DNA from: a virus
Lineage: Duplodnaviria; Heunggongvirae; Uroviricota; Caudoviricetes
IMG/VR virus record: IMGVR_UViG_3300045988_157791
DNA: 64,000 nt
Direction: 5' to 3' (one strand)
This document shows, one piece after another, positions 19,901 through 29,530 of the stretch (its first letter is position 1; each line of letters opens with the position of its first letter). Made by a program: the position numbers and the translations under genes. The notes under the pieces are model-generated. The model worked only from the letters and a program-made list of their open reading frames with translations. It did no database searches and was not told the DNA's origin.

Positions 19901-21681
19901 TCGAGGTCTGGTTCTGTAATAGTCCAGACGCCGTTCAAAACAGGCGTTTCAGCCGAAGACAGGGCTTTTGAAAACGTAACTTTTGTTATATTTTCGCCAG
20001 TTTCAAGAACATCGCGTTCAACGATTTTGCCTTCCTGATTCAGTATTCGAATAAAGCAGCCGCCTTTGGCTAACGACACAGGCGCATCGAGTGTGACGCT
20101 GTTTTTGGTAAACGCCACAATTCGACCTGAGTTACGTTTGCCTGCGCGATATTTGTTCTGAATCAGAACGGTTTCACCAGGCATCAGAAATGACGCGTCT
20201 AAGCCGGCAGTAAATGTAATTACATCCGACTCCATTCTGGCGGTATATAAAAGCCACAAACCAACTCGGTGAGCCTGCCCTCGGCTTGTACAGCCAAATG
20301 CTACGACTTCTGTCTTACGCTCACCATAACGGCGCATTGCGTCCTGATCTTCAACGTACTCGATGTTTTGCTTATACCCGTCCTCCTTGTTGTTGTAGGT
20401 TACGAGCGCAACGGATGGGCGATCTTTACGCGCAGAACCTTTATAGGTAAACAATCCATCTTTGACGTTAGAGTTGGTAAACATCATTACCGGATCTGAT
20501 GGGCTATCCTGCATGATGTTAACCATCCCACCAGCCCAAAACACCATGCCGCGGAATGCTCCAGCAATATCCTGAATTAGTCGGTATGCGTCCTGTCGAC
20601 TGGTGATCTGCGTATTGATTGCAAAGCGTTTCTCTTTGCCACCAAAGCCATCATCGACCTCTTCGTCACAATATCGACCAATCTGGTACAACTGGCCAAG
20701 GTCAATCATAGATTCCGACACATACTGACCAAGGCCATATCGAGCATTGGTCAGCAAATCAAAGAGAATCCACGCGGGGTTCGAAGAAGACAACAGCTTA
20801 AAAGTGCCATCCCATACCCCAGCGTAAGTGTTACTGGACTCGTTATAGTTTGAAGGTACTCGAATTTTTAGGCCACGCACCAGATAAGAGCGAGATGGCA
20901 TGGTGCTGCCGAATTGCTCAGAGTTTACCTTCAATCCAACTAAAACAGAGTTTGGATAGTTCATCGGTGTATCGACAATTTCCCCGATTGAATCCACCCA
21001 TGTATCGTTATAGAGATACTGGCTACTGTTATCATCGGTAATACGGACCACACGAACCTTGTATGCTCGTCCAGGCTTAGGCAGCTTCAGCTCATAGCTA
21101 CGGTAATAAACGCCGGTCTTCTTTGCTGTTAGCTTAATGCCAACGCTTTTTTCACCTTCAGCGACCACATCTACAAATGTTGAGTCGCCATTTGCTATCT
21201 GGAACTTGTACTCAACAGTCGTACCGTTCGTGTCACCAGTTTTTTTATCTATGCTTCGCAAAGAAGGAAACTTCATGATGACACGAACCCGATCAGCTTC
21301 ATCGTTATCGATTGAAACCGTTACATAATGTGTTTTTTTTAACTGGATATTGACGGATTTAGGCGTTTCAACGAAATCAAAGCCAGACATTGGAGTCTGG
21401 TCTTGTGAACCGTCGCGAAAATCCCATGTGATTCCGCTGAAGTTGGAGGAACCGTCTTCATTTACAATCGGCAGATCGTCGATAAAAATAGATCTTGCGC
21501 CATTTACTAAGCCGCCAATTACCCCTTCCCCAAGAAGATCGAGGATAGCGGCCATTGCACGAGAATTTACGGTATCGTCGGCTTCAACCGGTGTACGGCT
21601 GGAGCTTTTGCTGCTTTTTTTACCCCCCGCACCGGCAATAAACAGCGGTAGCTTTTTCTTCTTGAACTGTTCCATGTTCAA
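16948..21681 (-). CDS. host-specificity / central tail tip protein (lambda J-like, 1577 aa)
   Basis: Position after I/K/L/M-like genes; large internal array of 33-aa repeats DISAAI-EQEAR--AD-AL--QITQL-SKV (about 10 copies). Confidence 0.75.
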   Translation of the reverse strand: MNMEQFKKKKLPLFIAGAGGKKSSKSSSRTPVEADDTVNSRAMAAILDLLGEGVIGGLVNGARSIFIDDLPIVNEDGSSNFSGITWDFRDGSQDQTPMSGFDFVETPKSVNIQLKKTHYVTVSIDNDEADRVRVIMKFPSLRSIDKKTGDTNGTTVEYKFQIANGDSTFVDVVAEGEKSVGIKLTAKKTGVYYRSYELKLPKPGRAYKVRVVRITDDNSSQYLYNDTWVDSIGEIVDTPMNYPNSVLVGLKVNSEQFGSTMPSRSYLVRGLKIRVPSNYNESSNTYAGVWDGTFKLLSSSNPAWILFDLLTNARYGLGQYVSESMIDLGQLYQIGRYCDEEVDDGFGGKEKRFAINTQITSRQDAYRLIQDIAGAFRGMVFWAGGMVNIMQDSPSDPVMMFTNSNVKDGLFTYKGSARKDRPSVALVTYNNKEDGYKQNIEYVEDQDAMRRYGERKTEVVAFGCTSRGQAHRVGLWLLYTARMESDVITFTAGLDASFLMPGETVLIQNKYRAGKRNSGRIVAFTKNSVTLDAPVSLAKGGCFIRILNQEGKIVERDVLETGENITKVTFSKALSSAETPVLNGVWTITEPDLEPMRVRIVNIAQGETPGSFDITAVENNPSKYEAIDNGATLIPQNTTVLDPTYSKPSNLQITEGTYLSSPGNLSVKLTATWEGKSPEYWISWRRSDENNVSNWQSARVTEEQYEIVNVAENGRYDFQLYAVSFNGKKTEIISTVYQVLGTMTPPDSPTSLTAVGDYRNVILNWVNPDSVDLDHINVYASQTNNLDTAKLIAESASTTFTHAGLGDSETWYYWVRASNKRGMLSPPNSNLGTEATTRDVLSFLTGKITSSELGQALLEDINSKASQEAVDELNEHINQSVESLEGAVNDVKEDIAELDKQFSDNLADFEIKFNERSDALENAQTELKGEVSATIDKVNEAFEKIDATDAAIVEIENTVSEHDKALANTVEAIKAARDEAAALIAKESEARVEGDAANAKQLEVLQSTVEESSAAVEEMKKTVAEVDRASAELTTNIEALAKTNIDLALRQDEDQHKQMVNNAKIATTQKTFADDMSAMATKVEEIRVEIGEDIKASILEESTARADGDEALAKRVTQLQSKFEGDISAAISTEQEARTSADEALTTQITQLESKVSNDIVAAIKEEQEARATEDSALARQITQLQAKVDDDISAAIRSEQEARASGDSALAKQINQLQSKVDGDISAAITQEQEARASADQALSREINSLRAQTGTDIAAAVAVETKARTDADSALSTQITSLTAKANDLEASLARETTARADGDTALTKEVSSLKAQTAKDISAAVAVETQARTDADSALSSQITKLTSQYKEDIKAAVATETKTRTEQDAALATQITNLESQTAANISAAVTTETTARTQADNALSGRIDTLKAEVDGNTATIQQQATAIADTNKKVSTAWTLKMETSTSGGQKYVAGIALGIDTTGLSQFLVQADRFGLVNSVNGKITTPFVIENSIAYMNGAYIKDGTITNAKVGDLQSTNFVSGRSGWRFGKNGTLEINGNSGGNGRLVINGQRIDVYDDNNVLRVRIGLL

Positions 21682-21692
21682 AAAATCCTTGT

Positions 21693-22286
21693 TTACATTA
21701 GCTGGTCAATCGTGATTGAAGAACTCACAACCTGTGAGCCAACCAGAATTTCCTCGCCATAGATAAGTTGTACTGGGTTGCCCTGGTTTTCTGTATTTTG
21801 AGGGCCGTCGAAATAATAAGAGTTCGAGTTATCTGCCTGTCTCACACTTTCGTTAGTGGCTTGCGGCGATATGATTTGTGATATGCCGCCCATCATCAGT
21901 GACAAACCGAGAGGTGCTAAAGCAGGCATCACTACCGCCGATACAACCAACAAAGCGGCCCCTACTACCGTCTGAAACCACCCAAAAGCAGATCCACCGC
22001 TTCCTCGCGGAACAGGTGTAATGCGGATTTTGGCAATGTTGTCAGACTGCCCCATCATCTGATATTCACTTTCGTCAACAGACCACTTGTGGCCCTGTTT
22101 ATTGGTGATCTGGATGTGGTAACGGTCATAGGTTTTGATATTGCGCTTCATCCATGCTTTAAACCCAGGCTTGTTGGCCTCAATTAAATCCAGAGCCTGT
22201 TTTGTATTGCGCACCTTTAGATGCCAGTGGCGGCCAAAATGTTTGGCCATAGGGCCGCCAAGCTGCACATGAACTAACTCAGACAC
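21693..22286 (-). CDS. tail assembly protein (lambda I-like)
   Basis: 197 aa, hydrophobic central segment, lies between the K-like and J-like genes. Confidence 0.55.
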   Translation of the reverse strand: MSELVHVQLGGPMAKHFGRHWHLKVRNTKQALDLIEANKPGFKAWMKRNIKTYDRYHIQITNKQGHKWSVDESEYQMMGQSDNIAKIRITPVPRGSGGSAFGWFQTVVGAALLVVSAVVMPALAPLGLSLMMGGISQIISPQATNESVRQADNSNSYYFDGPQNTENQGNPVQLIYGEEILVGSQVVSSSITIDQLM

Positions 22287-23098
22287 GTCTCATCTCCCTT
22301 GAGCAAGTCTCTGTGACGCAAGTGATGCGTCGTATGTTTCTGATACATTCCGCCGTAATAAGCACGACAACTAAGACGGTCGATCTGGTGATGAAGAATC
22401 ATTCCATCGCCGATATAAACCGCGCAGTGATCTGGCATTTTCCCGTATTGAATAAAGAAGACGTCCCCACGTTGAGGCTCTGTTCCAGGCGCAAGCCGTA
22501 CCAATCCCTCGTTTCGGTAGTTCTGGTCGAGAATGTCGTTATCGCCGGTGTACCACGATGGAATATGCAGGTGTGCGTTCGGGTTAAGCTCGACGTTAAA
22601 CTCACGCTTCAAATAGTCCCGACACAACATCCAGCAATCGAATACGCCAAATACATACGGTCTACCCAGGTATGGCATTTCGAAACCATCAGGTGTGATC
22701 ACATTCATCTCGCTAAAATGGAAAGGGGCATCTCCCTCAACATTCTTGCGAATAGCCAGAATCATCCACGGAACTTCCGTCGCTTCACAGCCTGCACGAT
22801 CGGCATCAGATGCTTCTGCTGATTCATCAGTATGTGAATGCCAGATTGCGATTACGTCACCTGCATCCTCTGCCGCCATAATGTCGTCAACGTGCATTAC
22901 AAAAGTGTTCTGCGGGTTCTCCGAAACATTTCGCGCTTCCATAAAGCGATATTTGTCGCCATTAGTTCTCACCAGAAAGCCACACGCTTCATTAGGGTAG
23001 CGATTTATGGCGCAGAGATAGATTTGCTGCATAACATCAGAGCCAAGCTCAGGGATTGCTTTATTACCCATATCGCGTAGCTCCAATAAATCCGCCAA
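22274..23098 (-). CDS. tail tip assembly protein (lambda K-like; JAMM/MPN plus NlpC/P60-like)
   Basis: JAMM motif HSHTDESAEASDAD (HxHx7Sx2D) and a downstream Cys/His pair (DCWMLC ... HCAVYIGDGMILHH). Confidence 0.6.
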   Translation of the reverse strand: MADLLELRDMGNKAIPELGSDVMQQIYLCAINRYPNEACGFLVRTNGDKYRFMEARNVSENPQNTFVMHVDDIMAAEDAGDVIAIWHSHTDESAEASDADRAGCEATEVPWMILAIRKNVEGDAPFHFSEMNVITPDGFEMPYLGRPYVFGVFDCWMLCRDYLKREFNVELNPNAHLHIPSWYTGDNDILDQNYRNEGLVRLAPGTEPQRGDVFFIQYGKMPDHCAVYIGDGMILHHQIDRLSCRAYYGGMYQKHTTHHLRHRDLLKGDETCLS

Positions 23099-23795
23099 AA
23101 TGGATCACACCGTCGGCAAAATAATTCCGACGCGCATTACAGGCGTCATAACGTTTTGTGCAGTAATCCGCACCAGACATAGACGTCTGCTGGTTATTTT
23201 TGTCGAAATATGGACCGGTATAGCCGCATTCTGGCCCTCGGTATTTCCACGGGCAGGTGTTTTTAATGATCTGACGATACGGCAGTTGCACCCCCATCAA
23301 ATCGAACACACTGGACAACTCAAACTCGACAACCTGATGAGTTTCGAGCGTTTTCTGTTCGATAAACCACATTTCATCCGGGAAATGTTGGTTTGGATCT
23401 GCTGTTGGATTACCGTCTTTAAAATTAACGGCATCGAGGAAGCGAGCCAGCGTCATCTTGCGAATAATGCGGCAGCCAACAAGATCGTCGTTTGCCTGAA
23501 CTTCCGCAGAGACGGTTCCGGCAAAGTTCGATACCTGAATTTTTGGACGTGGCAACGTTCCCTGGCCCGTTTTGTCAAAACCTGATGCTTTGATTGGCCA
23601 CGGCTCATATGTCACTCCTTGCCAGACAACCGGTTGCATCAGTTCGTTTGTACCGGCGTGGAAGAATAGCTTTCCCCCTGAAGTTGTATTCGACATATCC
23701 AGTACGAACAACTCAATGAGTGCAGAGGGAGATAAGCTCTGAATATCAGCTTTAATTCCCATTGTTTCATCCTTGAAATAAGTAGGCGCTAACAT
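23064..23795 (-). CDS. minor tail protein (lambda L-like)
   Basis: 243 aa with C-terminal Cys cluster (CPWKYRGPECGYTG...CTKRYDAC), as in Fe-S-containing L proteins. Confidence 0.55.
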   Translation of the reverse strand: MLAPTYFKDETMGIKADIQSLSPSALIELFVLDMSNTTSGGKLFFHAGTNELMQPVVWQGVTYEPWPIKASGFDKTGQGTLPRPKIQVSNFAGTVSAEVQANDDLVGCRIIRKMTLARFLDAVNFKDGNPTADPNQHFPDEMWFIEQKTLETHQVVEFELSSVFDLMGVQLPYRQIIKNTCPWKYRGPECGYTGPYFDKNNQQTSMSGADYCTKRYDACNARRNYFADGVIHFGGFIGATRYG

Positions 23796-23844
23796 CCTGT
23801 TAGCGCCACAATAATAGTAAATTAGTACCTACTTATCCAGATAC

Positions 23845-24180
23845 TTAAGCCTCAAATACTTGTCTGAATGTAGCTGTTAAGACACAGTACCCCTGATATC
23901 GCTTGACCGTATGACTGTCACATACAACTACAATCTGCTTGCCTCTTGGATTAACCCAATAGAACGATTCAACGCCTGATCGCTCAGTCAGGAAGTCATC
24001 GATTGCATTAATTTCGTTGTATGATCTGGTAAAGGTTAACGACCATTCTTCTTTAATACGATTAAGACCTTGAGCCTGTCGCTGTTCGTAGTCATCACCA
24101 AAATTAAGTACAGTTACATTCGGTTTTACGCTTTTTTCAGATTCGTAATCTGGATACCAATTAAACGTTTGTCTTTCCAT
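23845..24180 (-). CDS. minor tail protein (lambda M-like)
   Basis: 111 aa, immediately downstream of the tape measure gene. Confidence 0.5.
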   Translation of the reverse strand: MERQTFNWYPDYESEKSVKPNVTVLNFGDDYEQRQAQGLNRIKEEWSLTFTRSYNEINAIDDFLTERSGVESFYWVNPRGKQIVVVCDSHTVKRYQGYCVLTATFRQVFEA

Positions 24181-24222
24181 CTCACATCCTTGTGAGACTG
24201 CCCCGACCGGGGCAGTCGATAG

Positions 24223-27200
24223 TTAGTTACGTTGAGTGTTTGGGTTGAGTGATCCGCCAGGGCGTTTCTCTTGAGCGATAGTCTCAAGCGCGATTGCTTT
24301 CATCCGTTGAGCGGCATTGTTCCATATGCTTTCTGTATCGCCGGATTCAGTTGTGCTACCGTCACTATGGACGTTGATCTCAATTGATACCGGAGAAAGA
24401 ACATTTCCTCCTCCACTCATACCATCGGTACTGAGCGTTACAGGGATTGTTCGACCATCAGGCAATGGAACATACGCCTCATTCATATCGCCTTCCCCAA
24501 ACAACGCCAATTGAGGTGAGTTGGCGATACCGCCTTTCTGGTATGCCCGGAGCGGGATCACGCCGTCTTTTCCGAATATGCCACCATTTGCAAACTTCGG
24601 AATTGCAGGAATACCATTCGTGCCATCGGCAGCAGAACTGGTCAGATTGTTGAACCCGGAAGTTGAGCCAGAAGAACCGGACATCAATCCATCGAATCCA
24701 CCACCAGCCCATACTGAAACCAAACCAGATGCAACTGTCGCGCCGAAATTCAACCACTTATTACCAGAGCCGGAAGCATTAGCTCCAAGCATTGCAAACG
24801 CGGCAGACAGAGCGCCGGTAACAGAGCTGAGGTTCTGCATCGAGAAGATGGAGTCCTTCACTGCTTTTGTCTCAGCATCTTTGGCTTCGGTGCTATTAAA
24901 TAGCCCTGATACCCAGCTACCAATCGCATTTGTTGCTGTGCCAATTACGCTGGTGGTCTGCTGTGTCGTTTGCCCCAATCCAGTTACCGAACTGGACGTC
25001 TCCTTCGTGGCTTCTCCTACCGACTTGTCGCCATTAACAGTGTTGCTTATGCGCACACCTTGATTGGCAACTGCGGAAGCAACCCCGGTGAGCAAATTAC
25101 CACTCTGTGAACTACCAGCTGCGGTGGTTCCCATCCCCAACATGTTCATTAGAGGCAGCGTGATCTGCGACTTCACGACCATATTGGTGATATCTTTCAA
25201 AATGGACTGAGATAGGCTGGAGAAGCTCATCTTCCCGTTAATAACGAAATCAGTCAGGACATCAGTTAAGCCACTAAACAAATCAGTCCAGGTGCTTTCG
25301 ATCTGCTCTGCCAGATTTTCGTATTCCAGTGCCAACTTCTGCGTCGCAGTCCCCGTCTCTTTAATAAGCGCGGTATTGCCAGCAGCAATCAGTTGATTGA
25401 TTTTCTTTGTATAAAGCGCCACAACTTTAGGATCAGACGCCTTATCACGAAGTTCTATCAACGCTTTGAGATTGCGGTTGTAGGTGTCTTCGAAATCAGC
25501 AACTTTCTCTTCGCGAGACGGCGTATAGCCAGCACTAATAATGGAATCCGCCTCCGGTGCCCAAGTGGAGATCATCTGCTCAACATTGCGGCGATTAAAC
25601 ATCTCGCGATATTCAGGTGTCGCATTTTTGAGGTCTTCAAGACGTTTTTTCGCCTTGTCGATCATCTCTTGAGTGATGAACTCGTTAGGTACCGCATTAG
25701 CCAAATCTGTCAGCGATTTCGTTGTATCGCGAAGAGACTGATCAAACGATACCGTAGCCTTAGAGCTTTCACCCATTTGCCCCATAAGCTGATCAGCTTT
25801 GTCCAGAGCCTTCTGGTATCCGGCTGCCAGTTTCTGTTGCGCTGCCTGTTCCTTCTTGGCAGCACGCTGCGAGGCGTTAGCTGATCGTTGGGCTGCTTTC
25901 TCGGCGGCTGCTGCATCCTGTTCACGTGCTTTAGTCAGTGCGGCAATGGCTGCGGCACGCTCTTCATCGCTCATTTTCTCCAGAGAGCTGGCACTGGATG
26001 CTTTCTGCAAATTAAGCTGCGTCTTGAGTTGTTTAGGCCCAATAATCGGCTTACCTTCGAAGTCCATCATCGGAGTGCCGTCAGGCAAAGTACGCTGATA
26101 AGTCGCAGAATCCATCTGGTTTCGCATATATTGCGCCAACGCCTTCTGAGCAGCTTTATCAGTTGTACCTAACCCCAGAACATCTCCATTGATTGACACT
26201 AAGCCATTACCACTTTTGGCCGCGTTATCCCTCTTAAACTCTGCCTGAGTCAGTTCCTGAGCAACGACTTCCAAATGCTCCTGATAGCCACGAATACTTC
26301 CTTGCAGTTTCTGAATCTGCTCGGTATTTCCTTCCTTTTTCGCTTTTTCAAGCTGATCATTAAGAGTCGCGATTTGCTTCTCGGTCGCATTCTTACGAGA
26401 AGAAAGTGAATCAACCAGTTTTTGCGCAGGCTCCAGATAGCTTTTGTTTACCGTTTCACGTAACGGTGCCAATAGCTTGCTCTTTTCGTCATCCGAAAGT
26501 GAACCGTCATCCTTGATTTTCTGGATTTTCTCCAGAGCCTCCTGACGAGCTTTCACGAACGTTGCCGCAAAGTCTCTATTCTCTTCGAGTATTTTCTCTA
26601 TCTGGGATTCTGCCGTCTCTTTTGCCAGACGTTTGGCTACAGCCAAATCCCCTCTGGCAATAGTTTCATTGGTTTCATCGCGTTTCTTACGAAGTTCATT
26701 TAGCTCATTTTCTATTCGCTTACGTTCATCATGATTAATCTTTACTGTAGTTCCGGCCATACCCGGCCCATAAACCACCTTTTCGCCAGATTTTAACTCT
26801 TGTTCCTTTTGCGTGATTTGTTGCTCAAGACGCGCTTTATACTCGGCCATCTGTGCACGTTTAGCCGCCGTCATCGCTTCTGGTATTTTCCTAATCTCGT
26901 CAACGACCTTTGAAGTTTCGCTACGAAGCATGGTCATATACGTGATTAAGCCAGCAACAGCTACAGTGGCGACTGTAAATGCTGCCCCTATAGGGTTTGC
27001 CGCAATGAACGCCGTTAATCCTGCAAAAGCGCCTTTAAGCCCCGTAATCGCCCCACGGATGGCGAAAATAAGAGAGGGGATCGGAGCCAGCCCCATACGT
27101 GCCGCACGATTGAATCGAGTTACTGCTGTAGCGCCGAGGTTAAATGGAGTCTGTATGGCGGTCGCCATCGTGGCAAAGGTGCTAACCATCTGGCTCCCAG

Positions 27201-28821
27201 CGCCAACTACCCCCATGATCCCTGCTCGCATCAGTTTGAACGCAACCATCGCGGCCACGACCTTACCAAGATTAATTACCAGCTCTTGGTTCTTTGCTAA
27301 CCATTGAGCAAGCTGACGCAACCCATCGATTGCCGTCGTTAACCCCGAACCTAAAGAATTGGCAAACGAAATCCCTTCGGCGCTATTCATGATTGAAGCC
27401 AGTTCTTTCATCCCCTTTGATAGAGAATCCAGATATCCGGTCTGACCAACTCGATCAGCAAATAACGTGAATGACGTCTGAAGTTGCGCCAGCGCACCTG
27501 TGTAGGTTTGCATCATGTCTTTCGCTGCGTTCTCGTTCTCCGCACGCAGACCAACAAACATCAGAGACAACGCCTGCTTTGCCTCAACCGTACCGCTGGC
27601 AACGGCTTTAGTCAGTTCCCCCATAGTGATGCCTGCGGCGTCTGCCATTGCCTGCATCGCGTTAGGAACGGCTTCACCTAATTGCTGACGTAGCTCTTCC
27701 ATTGACACAACGCCCTTACCGGACATCTGCTGAACGGCCACAGCCGCACGTTTCAACAGCTCACTATCACCACCAAAACGAGCAACGGAGTCCACCAGCG
27801 CCTTCAGAGAACCATCGGTTGGATCTAAGCCAGCAGAACGAAACTTCACGAAGGAATCTGTTAACGCCTGCATCGCGAACGGCGCATTTTGCGCCATGTC
27901 TACGATGTACTTCATATCATCAGCGGCAGCCTGGCCCGGGTTGGACTTCTCCTTATTCAACCCTCGAAGCATCACCCGCATACGTTCCATTTCGGCCGCA
28001 GCTTCAACAATAGGCTTCTGCCACCCAAACATGATGTCAGTAACCGTTCTGGCTGCATCTCCGATCTCGCCAAGCAGGAAAATGTTGCCACGAAGGCCAG
28101 AGAACATACCTCCTTCGTTACTTTTACCGCTATGGCCAGAAGCGCCGCTACGCCGCCCGCTACCACCATCGCCACTTCCAGATGTACGAACGCGTACCGG
28201 CTTGCTAATCAGTTGCTGACGTCCGATAACTTCGTCCATCTGCTCACGAACCTTTTTCAGTCCCTCGGCAGCCTGACTCGTTGTGACACCCCAATTACTG
28301 AGTCGCTTCGTCGTGGTATTAAGGCGCGTATTCATGCCACTCACGGACGCAGAGGCTTCTTTGACCTCCGTACCAAAGCGGCTTGCGCTTTTGCTTGCAT
28401 AGGTCGCCCAATCAGAGAAATCATTTAGCTCTGATTGCACTTTACGTAATGACGCGGTGAGTTTATCTACTGAAGAAGTTGTCGTATCGACGCGCTCAAT
28501 CAGGGCTTTAAGACCAGAATTGAGGCTGGTGATGTTGCCACGCATTTTACGCGTAGCATCTGAAGCAAGCTCAAAACCGGCAGCTACATCCTGTAGTTTA
28601 TCTGCCGTAGAATCGAGCTTGCTTTCCAGAACGCCAATGATACGGGCGACCGAACCCAAAGAGCGTTCAAAGGTTTGGATTTTTTGAGCAGGCTTTGTTA
28701 CCTGCTCACCAAATCGAGTAAGCAGTTTCCCCGCACGATCGATTGACGCTGTAAACTGTTTGTCTTCCAGCGACAGGATAAACTCTACGTTTTGTGACAT
28801 TCCCTTGTCATCCTCTGCCAA
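24223..28821 (-). CDS. tail tape measure protein (1532 aa)
   Basis: Very long helical protein with hydrophobic central segments, Gly-rich C-terminal region, downstream of the G/T chaperone pair. Confidence 0.85.
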   Translation of the reverse strand: MAEDDKGMSQNVEFILSLEDKQFTASIDRAGKLLTRFGEQVTKPAQKIQTFERSLGSVARIIGVLESKLDSTADKLQDVAAGFELASDATRKMRGNITSLNSGLKALIERVDTTTSSVDKLTASLRKVQSELNDFSDWATYASKSASRFGTEVKEASASVSGMNTRLNTTTKRLSNWGVTTSQAAEGLKKVREQMDEVIGRQQLISKPVRVRTSGSGDGGSGRRSGASGHSGKSNEGGMFSGLRGNIFLLGEIGDAARTVTDIMFGWQKPIVEAAAEMERMRVMLRGLNKEKSNPGQAAADDMKYIVDMAQNAPFAMQALTDSFVKFRSAGLDPTDGSLKALVDSVARFGGDSELLKRAAVAVQQMSGKGVVSMEELRQQLGEAVPNAMQAMADAAGITMGELTKAVASGTVEAKQALSLMFVGLRAENENAAKDMMQTYTGALAQLQTSFTLFADRVGQTGYLDSLSKGMKELASIMNSAEGISFANSLGSGLTTAIDGLRQLAQWLAKNQELVINLGKVVAAMVAFKLMRAGIMGVVGAGSQMVSTFATMATAIQTPFNLGATAVTRFNRAARMGLAPIPSLIFAIRGAITGLKGAFAGLTAFIAANPIGAAFTVATVAVAGLITYMTMLRSETSKVVDEIRKIPEAMTAAKRAQMAEYKARLEQQITQKEQELKSGEKVVYGPGMAGTTVKINHDERKRIENELNELRKKRDETNETIARGDLAVAKRLAKETAESQIEKILEENRDFAATFVKARQEALEKIQKIKDDGSLSDDEKSKLLAPLRETVNKSYLEPAQKLVDSLSSRKNATEKQIATLNDQLEKAKKEGNTEQIQKLQGSIRGYQEHLEVVAQELTQAEFKRDNAAKSGNGLVSINGDVLGLGTTDKAAQKALAQYMRNQMDSATYQRTLPDGTPMMDFEGKPIIGPKQLKTQLNLQKASSASSLEKMSDEERAAAIAALTKAREQDAAAAEKAAQRSANASQRAAKKEQAAQQKLAAGYQKALDKADQLMGQMGESSKATVSFDQSLRDTTKSLTDLANAVPNEFITQEMIDKAKKRLEDLKNATPEYREMFNRRNVEQMISTWAPEADSIISAGYTPSREEKVADFEDTYNRNLKALIELRDKASDPKVVALYTKKINQLIAAGNTALIKETGTATQKLALEYENLAEQIESTWTDLFSGLTDVLTDFVINGKMSFSSLSQSILKDITNMVVKSQITLPLMNMLGMGTTAAGSSQSGNLLTGVASAVANQGVRISNTVNGDKSVGEATKETSSSVTGLGQTTQQTTSVIGTATNAIGSWVSGLFNSTEAKDAETKAVKDSIFSMQNLSSVTGALSAAFAMLGANASGSGNKWLNFGATVASGLVSVWAGGGFDGLMSGSSGSTSGFNNLTSSAADGTNGIPAIPKFANGGIFGKDGVIPLRAYQKGGIANSPQLALFGEGDMNEAYVPLPDGRTIPVTLSTDGMSGGGNVLSPVSIEINVHSDGSTTESGDTESIWNNAAQRMKAIALETIAQEKRPGGSLNPNTQRN

Positions 28822-29077
28822 ATATTTGCATCAGTTGCTCTTTGGCGTCAGGGTCTGCCTTATCCTGGCTTGGATCGTAGACTTTATCTGTTACGACTGG
28901 TCTTCCAATCCTGAGTTGCAAACCCTCCATGAACGCCTTCACAGCCTCGCCATCCGCCTGGGACGCACGAGCGACTTGTAAGTTGCGGACATCCTCTTCC
29001 GCACGCAGACGGTCTATATTGCGACTGAGCATCCAGAACATCGTGAGAGGAACGTTCAGTAGCTCTAATGGCGACAC
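28808..29077 (-). CDS. tail assembly chaperone T-like frame (probable -1 frameshift extension of the G-like gene)
   Basis: ORF lies in the -1 frame relative to 29158-29475 and overlaps the tape measure start, as in lambda G/GT. Confidence 0.4.
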   Translation of the reverse strand: MSPLELLNVPLTMFWMLSRNIDRLRAEEDVRNLQVARASQADGEAVKAFMEGLQLRIGRPVVTDKVYDPSQDKADPDAKEQLMQIFGRG

Positions 29078-29157
29078 GGCGTAGTGAGCAACTACACGAC
29101 TGAAATAGAATCCGAGATCTATTGAGACGGTCCTTGTCCCGGATTCATCGCGGGAAA

Positions 29158-29475
29158 TTACTTTGCCCCTTCGCCAGCCGCTTTTTCGTTTTCTTCATCA
29201 ATCACTTCCATAGCGAAGGTGAAGATCTGCTGGAGTTGCGGAACAGTCAGTTTTTCAAGAACTTCGTCAGGTACTGAAGGGATAACCTTACGAACCAGAT
29301 CTGCATAAGCTGTCACTTGCTCAACAGGAGACATATTCATGAGATCTTTGCCTTCCATCTGCTTGATGGAAACGAACAGACCTACCGTCATTTCAACGAT
29401 GGGATATTCCTGACCGCCAAATTTGATGCTTTTCTTCGGAGGCAGAATGGAATCTAGATCGAGTAATTTGGTCAT
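29158..29475 (-). CDS. tail assembly chaperone (lambda G-like)
   Basis: 105-aa acidic protein between the major tail and tape measure genes. Confidence 0.55.
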   Translation of the reverse strand: MTKLLDLDSILPPKKSIKFGGQEYPIVEMTVGLFVSIKQMEGKDLMNMSPVEQVTAYADLVRKVIPSVPDEVLEKLTVPQLQQIFTFAMEVIDEENEKAAGEGAK

Positions 29476-29530
29476 TGGTTAAAATCCTTTTAAAAGAGAG
29501 GCCCATCCTGAGCCTCTGCTTAATTACTGA

